Under the pieces are notes generated by a model. It made no database searches, was not told the DNA's origin, and was given only the letters and a program-made list of their open reading frames with translations. Below are positions 25,068-37,627 of a stretch of DNA of 60,000 nt, piece by piece. The translations under genes and the position numbers were made by a program. Within the stretch, counting starts at the first letter, position 1, and the number at the start of each line of letters is the position of its first letter. The stretch is from Squalus acanthias (taxonomy: Eukaryota): assembly GCA_030390025.1 (NCBI GenBank), contig CM059433.1, positions 8,558,001-8,618,000 on the forward strand. The letters run 5' to 3'.

Positions 25068-25544
25068 GCCAGCCGTGGCTCAGTGGGTAGCACACTCGCC
25101 TCTGAGTCAGAAGGTTGCGGGTTCACAGTCCCCACTCCAGGGACTCGCGCACATAAAGCCAGGCTGACACTCCCAGTGCAGTGCTGAGGGAGTGCTGCGC
25201 TGTCAGAGGTGCCGTCTTTCGGATGAGACGTTAAACCGAAGCCCCGTCTGCTCTCTCAGGTGGATGTAAAAGATCCCATGGTGCTATTTTGATGAAGAGC
25301 AAGGGAGTTATCCCCTGTGCCCTGGGGCCAATATTTATCCCTCAACCGACATAACAAAAACAGATTATCTGGTCATTATCACATTGCTGTTTGTGGGAGC
25401 TTGCTGTGCGCAAATTGGCTGCTGCGTTTCCCACATTACAACAGTGGCTACACTCCAAAATAGTACTTCATTGGCTGTAAAGCGCTTTGAGATGTCCGGT
25501 GGTCGTAAAAGGCGCTATATAAATGCAAGTCTTTCTTTCTTTCT
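25068..25544 (+). mobile_element. DeuSINE (SacSINE1-like), full length
   Basis: tRNA head (TGGCTCAGTGGG A-box, GGTTCACAGTCC B-box-like), Deu core GTGCCGTCTTTCGGATGAGACGTTAAACCGA, L2-type tail and (CTTT)n. Confidence 0.9.
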
Positions 25545-26039
25545 AAAGAATAGTTACCCTGAAATCTTTGTCTCGAGTTGTCTGTTCCAATACGGGTCCA
25601 AACTCAAAGTACTGTTAGACGGGAGTAAGAATGTACACGTCTCACAGCGGTTTCATCAACGATATCCGGCTTGTATTGTGACATTCCTTTTTCATTTGTA
25701 GGTTTTCGAGGAGTGATGTGAGTCACATCCTTTTGTTAATCAACATTTTTCTTTTCCAGCAGAAAATTTGTTCCACAGCATCTGCGGACGGGTTGTATGT
25801 GGCTTGCCTTGCTGATAAGATTATGTTGAATTTCGCACAATGAAGTCAATTAATTTCACGTTGAAGCCCGACTATCACAGACTTACACTCAATCTTCAGT
25901 GAGCCTGAATTAAATCCATGGCATTACGGAATGTGCTGCTTGCTTCAGGCTATTTGCCTGGTGCCAAGATTTCTAGATGTGGGGATATGTATGTATTTTT
26001 TTAAATTAATTTGCAGTTTGACTTGGCATTAAGATTTCA

Positions 26040-26905
26040 AATCATAGAATCAGAGAAATTTGATTCTATCATGGAAATTTACAGCACAGAAGGAGGCCAT
26101 TCGTCCCATCGTGTTGGTGCCGGCCGACAAAGAGCTCTCCAGCCTAATCCCACTTTCCAGCTCATGGTCCGTAGCCTTGTAGGTTACGGCACTTCAGGTG
26201 CACATCCAAGCACTTTTTAAATGCGATGAGGGTCTCTGCCTCTACCACCCTTTCAGGCAGTGAGTTCCAGACCCCCACCACCCTCTGGGTGAAAAGATTT
26301 CTCCTCAACTCCCCTCTAAACCTCCGACCAATTACTTTAAATCTATGCCCCCTGGTTATTGACCCTACTGCTAAGGGAAACAGATCCTTCCTGTCCACTC
26401 TATCTAGGCCCCTCATAATTTTATACTCCTCAATCAAGTCTCCCCTCAGCCTCCTCTGTTCCAAAGTAAACAACCCAGCCTATCCAATCTTTCCTCATAG
26501 CTAAAATTCTCCAGTCCTGGCAACATCCTCGTAAATCTCCTCTGCACCCCCTCTAGTGCAATCACATCTTTCCTGTAATGTGGTGACCAGAACTGCACGC
26601 AGTACTCTAGCTGTGGCCTAACTAGTGTTTATACAGTTCAAGCATAAGCTCCCTGCTCTTATATTCTATGCCTCGGCTAATAAAGGAAAGTATCCCGTGT
26701 GCCTTCTTTAACCACCTTATCTACCTGTCCTGCTATCTTCAGGGATCTGTCAACATGCACTCTAAGGTCCCTCTGTTTCTCTACACTTCTCAGTATCCAA
26801 CCATTTATTGTGTATTCCCTTGCCTTGTTAGCCCTCCCCAAATGCATTACCTCACACTTCTCCGGATTGAATTCAATTTGCCACTTTTCTGCTCACCTGA
26901 CCAAA
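26040..26905 (-). mobile_element. CR1 LINE 3' fragment (distinct subfamily)
   Basis: ORF 26162-26473 reads [12 protein letters not shown]...FTQRVVGVWNSLP; ATCATAGA-type tail. Confidence 0.88.
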
Positions 26906-26996
26906 TACCTGAATTAAATGTACAGGGAAGGGTGTTGATCAGCTATACATTGGGCCATCAGAAACTATTGATTCCTGACTTTTTTATACATATTAG

Positions 26997-27877
26997 TTCC
27001 TGGGATGTGGGCGTCACTGGCAAGGCCAGTATTTATTGCCCATCCCTAATTGCCCTTGAGAAGGTGGTGGTGAGCCGCCTTCTTGAACTGCTGCAGTCCT
27101 TGTGGTGATGGTACTCCCACAGTGCTGTTAGGGAGGGAGTTCCAGGATTTTGACCCAGCGACGATGAAGGAACGGCTGATATACTTCTAATTCAGGATGG
27201 TGTGTGACTTGGAGGGGAACTTGGAAGTGGTGGTGTTCCCATGCGCCTGCTGCCCTTGTCCTTCTAGGTGGAAGAGGTCGTGGGTTTAGGAGGTGCTGCC
27301 AAAGAAGCCTTGGCGAGTTGCTGCAGTGCATCTTGTAGATGGTACACACTGCAGCCACGGTACGCCGGTGGTGGAGGGAGTAAATGTTTAAGGTGGTGGA
27401 TGGGGTGCCAATCAAGCGGGCTGCTTTGTCCTGGATGGTGTCGAGCTTCTTGAGTGTTGTTGGAGTTGCACTCATCCAGGCAAGTGGAGAGTATTCCATC
27501 ACACTCCTGACTTGTGCCTTGTAGATGGTAGAAAGGCTTTGGGGAGTCAGGAGGTGAGACACTTGCCACAGAATACCTAGCCTCTGACCTGCTCTTGTTG
27601 CCACAGTATTTATGTGGCTGGTCCAGTTAAGTTTCTGGTCAATGGTGACCCCCAGGATGTTGATGGTGGGGGGTTCAGCGATGGTAATGCCATTGAATGT
27701 CAAGGGGCGATGGTTGGATTCTGGCTTGTTGGTGATAGTCATTGCCTGGCACTTGTGTGGCGCGAATGTTACCTGCCACTTATCAGCCAAAGCCTGAATG
27801 TCATCCAGGTCTTGCTGCATGCGGGCATGGACTGCTTCATTATCTGAGGAGTTGTGAATGGAACTGAACACTGTGCA
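26997..27877 (-). mobile_element. CR1-Zenon-like LINE 3' fragment
   Basis: ORF 27128-27886 reads DKWQVTF...ILGVTIDQKLNWTSHI...YKAQVRSVMEYSPLAW. Confidence 0.85.
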
Positions 27878-28287
27878 GTTAGTCATGAATCACAAATAAT
27901 TTCTGTGTCAACTGCACAAACAACAAAAGCAGAAAAGGCACAACCAGATCAGTTACAGCGCATGCAACAGGAATTATGCAGGATATTGGTTTTTTTGCTT
28001 TTGTTTTCTGACTGTTGCTTTTGTTTACACTTGGTGCTATGATGCACAGAAGAGCGGTGTATTGGCAGGTTCCCCCAGGGAAACAGAATCAAAGCATACG
28101 TTGCTGAATAAATCCGATGATGCTATAAAAGCCAGCTTAAGACAATTAACAATCATAAGTTCATATTTCAGACAACATTTTGTTTTAATTGTAGTATTTG
28201 TAAGGGGAAAAGTTTCCATTAAAAATGGTATTTTCTTTTCTCTGGAATTTTCCCTTGTTCACTTCCATGTTGTCTTTGTCCTGCCAG

Positions 28288-28822
28288 CAACAACAACAAA
28301 AACTTGTATTTATATAGCGCCTTTAATGTAGTAAAACGTCCCAAGGCGCTGCACAGGAGTATTTTAAGACAAAAAATTTGACACCGAGCCACATAAGGAT
28401 AAATTAGGGCAGGTGACCAAAAGCTTGGTCAAAGAGCTAGGTTTTAAGGAGCGTCTTAAAGGAGGAAAGAGAGGTAGCGAGGCAGAGAGATTTAGGCAGG
28501 GAATTCCAGAGCTTAGGGCCCTGGCAACAGAAGGCACAGCCACCAAAGGTTGAGCGATTATAATCAGGGATCCTTAAGAGAGCAGGATTAGAGGAGCGCA
28601 GATATCTCCGGGGGGGTGGGGGGCTGAAGGAGATTACAGAGATAGGAAGGGGCGAGGCCGTGGAGGGATTTGAAAACAAGGATGAGAATTTTGAAATCGA
28701 GGCGCTGCTTACCCGGGAGCCAATGTAGGTCAGCGAGCACAGGGGTGATGGGCGAACAGGACTTGGTGCGAGTTAGGACACGGGCAGCCGAGTTTTGGAT
28801 GACCTCAAGTTTACGTAGGGTG
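28288..28822 (-). mobile_element. L2 LINE 3' end
   Basis: IQNSAARVLTRT..PITPVLADLHWLP...FKIL and KLWNSLP..SFKTLLKT; tail aaggcgctatataaatac + (TTG)n. Confidence 0.9.
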
Positions 28823-29294
28823 GTATGTATCAGCATGTGACAAGACCACTATCGCTTCATGAACTGGATGATATTGAACAAGTTTCCATGGGAGCAGGCA
28901 GATTTTCCATTTATTGGCTCCTTTCAAACCTACCTCCTCAATCTAGTAAATCAACGGAGAACCAGTCGCATACCTGATTCTAAAGCTGAGGCCTGGTAGG
29001 TTCCGACAGTATGAAAGGAAACATCACTGGGAGGGTATTTAGTTACTGGAAAAAACTTACCATTTGATGTCATAGGACTAAGTAGTCTAGATGGGCCCGA
29101 AAATCCATGGGGGTGGGTGCATTTCAGCATCTCGAGCCGGGGGGAGGTCCCTTCATTACCATGCCAATGCCGGGCGCTCACAATCAGAGGGTGGAAAGGT
29201 TGAGAAGGACAGTAAAGTATTTGGCCTTGTTTGAAGTAGGCGGAGGCTCCACCTCAACAAGCCATCTGGGAAATTGCCGTACAGGCCGGGACTC

Positions 29295-30100
29295 AACATA
29301 AGAACATAAGAAATAGGAGCAGGAGTCGGCCATTTGGCCCTTCGAGCCTGCTCCACCATTCAGTAAGATCATGGCTGATCTTCTACCTCATCTCCACTTT
29401 CCTGAACTATCCCCATATCCCTTGATTCCCTTAGTGTCCAAAAATCTATCGCTCTCTGTCTTGAATATACTCAACGACTGAGCCTCCACAGCCCTCTGGG
29501 GTAGAGAATTCCAAAGATTCTCCACCCTCTGAGTGAAGAAATTTCTCCTCATCTTAGTCCTAAATGGCTGACCCCTTATTCTGAGACTGTGACCCCTGGT
29601 TCTAGACTCCCCAGCCAGGGGAAACATCCTCCCTGCATCTACCCTGTCAGGCCCTGTAAGAATTTTGTATGTTTCAATGAGATCACCTCTCATTCTTCTA
29701 AACTCTAGAGAATATCGGCCTAGTCTACTCAATCTCTCCTCATAGGACAGTCCCCCCATCCCAGGAATCAGTCTGGTGAACCTTCGTTGCACTCCCTCTA
29801 TGGCAAGTATATCCTTCCTTAGGAAAGGAGACCAAAACTCTACACAATACTCCAGGTGTGGTCTCACCAGGGCCCGATATAATTGCAGTAAGACGTCTTT
29901 ACTCTTATACTCAAATCCTCTTGTAATAAAGGCCAACGGACCATTTGCTTTCCTAATTGCTTGCTGTACCTGCATATTAACTTTCAGTGATTCGTGTACA
30001 AGGACACCCAGGTCCCTCTGAACACCAACATTTCCCAATCTCTCACCATTTAAAAAATACTCTGCTTATCTATATTTCCTACCAATGTGGATAACTTTGC
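29295..30100 (-). mobile_element. CR1 LINE 3' fragment
   Basis: ORF 29388-30038; near-identical to 879-1670. Confidence 0.93.
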
Positions 30101-30719
30101 ATATATGGGTCCTAGCCTCATTTGCAACTCTTCTGGCATATTCACACCAAAATTACAGGGCGAGTATGCCAGAGGACCACAGATTTTTGTGTCCAATATC
30201 ATAGAGATAAAATTGGAATCGTACCTTGAAGAGAAACATTATCAGATAGAACTGCTAGGACAAGAGGAAGGTGAACCGTGGGAGAGCAGACTTTCATGTT
30301 GTGTTGGCGGGTATTTGATCACCTGGGTGTTGCACAGAGAGGAAAATTGGCAGGGAGGATCCTACATCGTCTGCCAATTTAAATTAATTGTAATAATCAG
30401 GTCTGTTAGTGGCGTGCGATTCCCCCACCCTGACCCCTTGATTTTCTTCCATGCGTTGTGCCCAGGCGAGCCAATAAGCCCAAGCGCATTAACCGGAAGA
30501 TCTGTCACGTGGTCTTTTCCAGCTTTCAGATTCCTATGTTCTTATGCCAATTCTGGGAGATTAAAAAAAAGTGATCATTGTGACATGTAATGAGAATCAT
30601 CATTGTTAGAAATCTGTATATTTGTTTTGTGAGGATAGAACAGCAACTCGCATTTTCGTAGTGTTCCTCACATCGTGCAGGACGACAGCTCAAAGCCCTT
30701 TACATTGAGGAGCAAACAC

Positions 30720-30935
30720 TTGCCTGAGTCTCTGCACCAAGCAGCTTCTCACCCTCGGTGATTTCAATCTACATTTCCTGCTCTCCCCTGACGTCACCGG
30801 CCTCCTGTCCTTCCTAAATCTTTCCCTCCATATAAACTCTCCTACCCAAACTCATGGGCACCTTGCTATCTCTCGTGACCTCTTCACTTCTGTGGTCTCA
30901 ATCATCGAGAAGGCCAGCTCCAACTACTTCCTTGT
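30720..30935 (+). mobile_element. Degenerate L2 endonuclease fragment
   Basis: LGDFNLH-like and PT..HGH-like motifs. Confidence 0.45.
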
Positions 30936-31019
30936 GAAGGCCATGTGGCAGCCCCAACAAAAAACACCAACAGGTGGATCAGGAGCAGGAACGAGACAGT
31001 AGGCATTGCAGGAGGACCT

Positions 31020-31145
31020 TCACGAGGGCTACAGTGTTTCAATGAAGAAGACCTGCCACCATCTTCTCAAGAGCAACTAGGGAGGGGCAATAAATTCTGG
31101 CTTTGCCAGTGACGCCCCTATCCCGAGAATCAATTAAAAAAAAAA
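31020..31145 (+). mobile_element. CR1-Zenon-like 3' tail
   Basis: Resembles 45740-45845. Confidence 0.6.
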
Positions 31146-31756
31146 CTTAGCAAGAAATCAAGTTCTACAAGCATAACGGTGGAGTTGCTTATCATAAATG
31201 TTATAGATGCCACAATGCAGTGTCATTGTGCCAGTCCAATGATAATTTCCTTCTTCACCATGGATCAAGGGAAGAGATTTCATCAAAGCCGCTGGAGCAG
31301 ATGTTCAATCCAGGGTCGCCTTCTGGATCAGGCAGACACCCAGATTACCAGGAGTTACAGAGTGGATTAAACAAGCAACTTAGTAATGAGGTAAAGGAGC
31401 AGCCAACATCCAGCAGTGATTAAACTCCTTCTCTCGGTGTACATTGTAAAAGGTCACAGCACTACTGGGTCTTATTGGCTCCAATCCAATGGCTGTGGTG
31501 AGATACTTGGAAACTTATGTTGCACTGTATGATTCAAGTGATAGTCAATGTTGTCAGATAAATACTAGCCACACACAAAGTCAACAACAAAACAAGCCAA
31601 TTTTGGGCATCTGTGGTCCAGTTAATTATATACGTGGTCCACGCACCACCTACTCACAATGACTTTCAGAAAATGATGTCACTCCATGAATATATACGTG
31701 ATCTGCTCTTTGGTGCCAAGAGTAAAATCATTCCCAATTCGCTGCTCAACTCAGTG

Positions 31757-32420
31757 CACGAGACCTCTTACACCACAAAACCTCTTACACCACGAGCACG
31801 AGACCTCTTACACCACAAAATCTCTTACACCATGAGACCTCTTACACCACAAAACCTCTTACACCACGAGACCTCTTACACCACAAAACCTCTTACACCA
31901 CAAGACCTCTTACACCACAAAACCTCTTACACCACGAGCACGAGACCTCTTACACCACAAAATCTCTTACACCATGAGACCTCTTACACCACAAAACCTC
32001 TTACACCACGAGCACGAGACCTCTTACACCACAAAATCTCTTACACCATGAGACCTCTTACACCACAAAACCTCTTACACCACAAGACCTCTTACACCAC
32101 AAAACCTCTTACACCACGAGACCTCTTACACCACAAAACCTCTTACACCACGAGACCTCTTACACCACAAAACCTCTTACACCACAAAACCTCTTACACC
32201 ACAAAACCTCTTACACCACAAAACCTCTTACACCACAAAACCTCTTACACCACGAGACCTCTTACACCACGAGACCTCTTACACCACGAGACCTCTTACA
32301 CCACGAGACCTCTTACAACACAAAACCTCTTACACCACGAGACCTCTTACACCACGAGACCTCTTACACCACGAGATCTCTTACACCATGAGACCTCTTA
32401 CACCACAAGACCTCTTACAC
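31757..32420. repeat. 17-bp minisatellite, about 38 units, CAC(GAG/AAA)ACCTCTTACAC
   Basis: Directly visible tandem array with variant units and three 6-bp CACGAG insertions. Confidence 0.97.
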
Positions 32421-32945
32421 CATCAGCTTCTCCTGGGCTGTATCATCAATGCCTGCAAAACTGTTTCCTTCATTTGCCACCTAGGTCATCACAATTTTCC
32501 TTGATGACTGCCAAGTACAACTTGTGGCTTTTTCATCAATTTCCTGCCAATTTCTCAGAAAAAAATTTGAGTTGGGAATGCCAAGAGAAGTGGTGCTGGT
32601 GGCTGATCACCTTAGAAACATTAATATCAAGCTTCTTACTCAAAGATTTGTGTATGACAATAAAAGTAGGAATTAAGCAGCTTTCATCAAAGCAAAACTT
32701 TAAATACCTGTTACATATTGTTTTTAATATTGTTTTCATAGTCTTTAATATTCCTTCTTCATTACTTGAGGATCCCCAGCAACATCTGGACAATCCCTGT
32801 GGTTAGTGGTGTTATGGAATTTTCATCCTGTGATTTTTACTCAAGGCAGACTACATTTTGCTGGCAATCACGACACTACCTGAACACTGAAGGAAGAGCA
32901 AAGAAAGAAGAAAGACAACTTATTTTCCAATTAAACCAGCGCTAT

Positions 32946-33810
32946 GGGAGAAATTCGGTATCGCCCCGTTTGGGGCGCAATTATCGGCCGGGCGCAAAGT
33001 TTAGCGCCTGGCGCTAATTATCGCCTCCGACTGCAAACTTGGCTTCTATTGCCCTGGAGGTGATTGGAGCGCTAAATCAGGTGCTACACAGCTCCCTTAA
33101 GGTGCTAATGCCGAGGAGCGAGGCGCTACCTCAGAGCGCTGGCGAAGCTCAGGTGATGTCAATCAGCAATGGAACACAGACACAATGGCGCCGGCCAGTT
33201 CTTCAAAGGGAGGGTTGATCTTGCTTTCCATCCACATCCTGCTCATTGCAGCCTTGAATCTTGGCCTGGAGAGACCTGTACATCAAATTTGCTGGAAAGA
33301 ACAATGGAGAGAACCAGGGAAAGAGCTCAGAGTGCAGCCCCCACAGTCTCTTCTAAATCGAAGGTCAAATCAAAATGAACCTGCAAAGTGCTGCTCAGTA
33401 CCCAAAACTCCTTCACACAGTGTTGAATCTCTCCAGAAGTCTCTCTCTCTCTCTCAGAATGCGTGGTGCAAAAATGTCGTCGACTAAAAAAGGCAGCAAG
33501 CGGTCACCTTTAAATAGCGCTCCCCCAGTCCCTTCCCGACTGCAAAACGCTCCCCTCAACCTGTTGTTGCTAGCAGCAGGCGGTAAGGCAGGGGGCGCCA
33601 TTCAATATCCGGTCCGGGGCGCTACCGGGGTGTTGCGCGCTCGACTGACGTCACGATCTGCGGGCGCAGGAGATCGTGGCGGTAGTGTTTAGCGCCGCCA
33701 CAAAATGTCTGGTCAATTTCGCGAGCGGCTCAAACATCGCCGCGCCCGGGCGCTAGTTGCTTCGCGCCCCATCAGCTAACGGGAGGTGCAAAGCAACTGA
33801 ATTTTCCCCC
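32946..33810. mobile_element. Harbinger-type MITE or deletion derivative
   Basis: Termini GGGAGAAATTCGGT / ACTGAATTTTCCCC with GCGC-rich subterminal arms. Confidence 0.7.
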
Positions 33811-34659
33811 CAACTTGTTTTCCAATTAAACCAGCGCAGTCATGGGATTCTCTGTCTTTCAACTTGTAAAACAAATGTACCACAGGTTTGTAATCAAATG
33901 AGCATTAGGTATATAAAGGAAAAGCAAAAAGCAACCGCCTCGCTGTTTCTGTCTCCTCTGTTCACAGGATCCCTTTCTCCCAAACCTGATGGATAGCTGG
34001 TCTGCGCAGGGTTCATGTTAGTTAAGCAACGTGCTGCTATGGCAACAGATTTAGAGAAAGTGCGCAACACATCTATCTGGGAACGTCCAAGTAGAACTGC
34101 CTTTGCAGGCTCCAGTTCACCAGGGAGTTAGCAACCAGAGCAGAGCCATCTGCTGAATCTGACCTTGACCGCAGGGATGGTACTGCCAGTGGCGGTGAAG
34201 CTCTCTGCCTCTCGTCCTTCTGCAGCGTGGAGATGCATCAAGTGTGTCACTTTGTTCACCGGGGGGCAAAACACTTTTTAATCAGCGAGCAGCAACAGAA
34301 CAAGAGGGCGATGCAAATTCTTCTGTCTTGTAAGATGCCCCAAAACCCAGGGTCGAATTGACGGGGCCCAAGCAGTCTCCTCCCAAGAATGGCACGGTGT
34401 CCATGAACCGTCAGCAGTTTCGCTGCCTCAATGTCCGAGCAACAGCAACAGGATCGTGCAGGTTAAGTGTCTTCTTCTGTGCTTGGTTTCTTTGAAGGAG
34501 AAGAATGGCTTCCAGATGACCAAAGGTCTAAATCACCAATGAGGTGAAAAATAGGGCAACGCTCACTGGGCCGCTGTGCATACTGATGCGGTTAGCTAGG
34601 CCTCCCGACTCCGCAGGTTCATTGGAATCTGGGAATTTAAATATTCTCCCTGTACAAGG

Positions 34660-35132
34660 AAAGAAAGAAAGACTGACTTTCATTTATATAGCGCCTTTCA
34701 CGACCACCGGATGTCTCAAAGCGCTTTACAGCCAATGAAGTACTTTTTGGAGTGTAGTCACTGTTGGAATGTGGGAAATGCGGCAGCCAATTTGCGCACA
34801 GCAAGCTCCCACAAACAGCAATGTGATAATGACCAGATAATCTGCTTTTGTCATGTTGATTGAGGGGTAAACATTGGCCAGGACACCGGGGAGAACTCCC
34901 CTGCTCTTCGAAATAGTGCCATGGGATCTTTTATTGTCCACCTGAGAGGGCAGACCATGCCTCGGTTTAACGTTTCATCCGAAAGACGGCACCTCCGACA
35001 GTGCAGCGCTCCCTCAGTACTGCACTGGAGTGTCAGCCTAGCTTTATGTGCTCAAGTCCCTGGAGTGGGGACTGTGAACCCACAACCTTCTGACTCAGAG
35101 GCGAGTGTGCTACCCACTGAGCCACAGCTGAC
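34660..35132 (-). mobile_element. DeuSINE, full length
   Basis: Reverse complement of 25068-25544. Confidence 0.9.
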
Positions 35133-35384
35133 ACTACCTCACTAAGGAGCACTCTCTCACCTGAGGAGGGAGGGAACCCAACGTGCAGCAGTTCTTAAAG
35201 GGCTGCTGCATTTAAAGTGAAGCATAACCTCTTGTTTTTGTTGCAGGCTGACTGGTGCTAAGAACCACCTCCTTCACTGAAGAAGGTCCCACTAAAGGAG
35301 GTGGCACCAAAGAAAGCAGCCATTTCTGAGACTGAGGGGAACTCTGCTAACAGAGTAAATGTGCAACAGGCTTGGCAGAAGATG

Positions 35385-36942
35385 GTGACCAGCAATGTGG
35401 GTGACTCTTAACTGCCCTCTGAAATGGCCCAGCGAGCCACTCAGTTGTAAAAAGCCACTATGAGCAACAATAATAAGAATAAAACCGGACGGACCAGCCA
35501 GCATCGACCTCGGCACCGGCTACAGACGTGACAATGACACACCCAGCCCGGTCGACCCTGCAAAGTCCTCCTCACTACCATCTGGGGACTTGTGCCAAAA
35601 TTGGGAGAGCTGTCCCACAGACTGGTCAAGCAACAGCTCACAGAATCATACCTTTCAGCCAATGTCCTAGACTCCTCCATCACCATCCCTGGGTATGTCC
35701 TGTCCCACCGGCAGGACAGACCCACCAGGGGTGGCGGCACAGTGGTATACAGTCGGGAAGGAGTGGCCCTGGGAGTCCTCAACATTGACTCCGGACCCCA
35801 TGAAGTCTCATCGCTTCAGGTCAAGCATGGGCAAGGAAATCTCCTGCTGATTACCATCTACCACCCTCCATCATCTGATGAATCAGTACTCCTCCATGTT
35901 GAACACCATTTGGAAGAAGCACGGAGAGTAGCAAGGCACAGAATGTAGTCTGGGCGGGGGACTTCAATGTCCATTACCAAGAGTGGCTTGGTAGCACCAC
36001 TACTGACCGAACTGGCCGAGTCCTGAAGGACATATCTGCCAGACTGGGCATGCAACAGGTGGTGAGAGAACCAACACGAGAGAAAAACCTACTTAACCTC
36101 GTCCCCACCAATCTACCTATCGCAGATGCATCTGTCCATGACAGCATCGGTAGCAGTGACCACCGCACAGTCCTTGAGGTGAGAGTGACTGCCCTTGACA
36201 TCAAGCAGCATTTGACCGAGTGTGGCATCAAGGAGCCCTAGTAAAATTGAAGTTAATGGGAATCAGAGGGAAAACTCTCCACTGGCTGGAGTCATACCTA
36301 GCACAAAGAAAGATGGTTGCGGTTGTTGGAGGTCAATCATCTCAGCCCCAGAACATCGCTGCAGGAGTTCCTCAGGGGAGTGTCCTAGGCCCAATCATCT
36401 TCAGCTGCTTCATCAATGACCTTCCCTCCATCATAAGGTCAGAAGTGGGGATGTTCGCTGATGACTGCACAGTGTTCAGTTCCATTCGCAACTCCTCAGA
36501 AAATGAAGCAGTCCATGCCCGCATGCAGCAAGACCTGGACAACATTCAGGCTTGGGCTGATAAGTGGCAGGTAACATTCGCGTCACACAAGTTGCAGGCA
36601 ATGACTATCTCCAACAGGCAAGAGTCTAACCACCTCTCCTTGACATTCAATGGCATTACCATCGCCAAATCCCCCACCATCAACATCCTGGGGGTCACCA
36701 TTGACCAGAAACTTAACTGGACCAGCCACATAAATACTGTGGCAACAAGAGCAGGTCAGAGGCTGGGTATTCTGGGGCGATTGTCTCACCTCCTGACTCC
36801 CCAAAGCCTTTCCACCATCTACAAGGCACAAGTAAGGAGTGTGATGGAATACTCTCCACTTGCCTGGATGAGTGCAGCTCCAAAAACACTCAAGAAGCTC
36901 GACGCCATCCAGGACAACGCAGCCCGCTTGATTGGCACCCCA
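35385..36942 (+). mobile_element. CR1-Zenon-like LINE: 5' region, APE endonuclease and RT, internally deleted
   Basis: LTESYL...RQDRPTRGGG...GDFNVH...SSDH fused at ~36176 to ALDIK/AFDRVWH...[10 protein letters not shown]...FADDCTVF. Confidence 0.87.
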
Positions 36943-37627
36943 AGCATCCTTTCTACACAACTGCGGCTAGTGGATCTCTCCACAGCCATTGCCGGCTATT
37001 TTGGATAGCCTCAAAAAGACTCAGTAAGATGATTGGACACAGAGAACAATCTTGTTGTATAAGCAGGCCCACGAGGACTGAATGCTTGCACTCTGCAGCT
37101 CAAAGGGAGATGAGCCAGTCCTCAGGGCAGCAGGTACCTCCACCTACACTGCCATCTCTGTCTGCTCTTGCTCATTTATGCTCAGTGCTAACCCCCCTCA
37201 AGCTCACGACCTAAATTCCCACGGGTGGACATCTTTGTGCTGGCACGTGCGAAATACAGGGTGCTGTGAGATCCTTCCTTTTTCTGTGACCCTGGGGGCT
37301 GCGGCTGGTTCTTGGGGACATCTAGCGAAATAGAAAAGGAAGATATGTTAGAATGTTGGCTGCATAACACCCCTTCCAATACAACTTACACGGCATCATA
37401 CTGTGAGTCATGTTTGCTCGAGTGAGTGCATGTCTTGTTTGTGGGTGTGAGTGAATGAGTGAGAGAGTATAGGGAGAAGAACTAATAGGAAAAGGATGGG
37501 ACTATCTCTCTGCTTGGGGATGACCTCTGGTTTTTCCCTATGCTCTCTATTAATGGCTAACTCCTCAAAGACACTCAAGGACTTAAATTGACTGCCCTCC
37601 CTTCTGCTGGTCCCTCCTGTTACTTAC

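Noticed and set aside
25068..25145. tRNA genes (also ~43535-43605 and other SINE heads)
   Set aside because: These are tRNA-derived SINE heads contiguous with Deu or V domains and lack a complete cloverleaf.
31757..32420. CRISPR-like regular repeat
   Set aside because: No unique spacers, no cas genes, and the context is eukaryotic.
31613..32806. 397-aa ORF, the longest in the window
   Set aside because: It is the translation of the 17-bp minisatellite (3 units = 17 aa) with non-coding-like flanks; there is no evidence of a gene.
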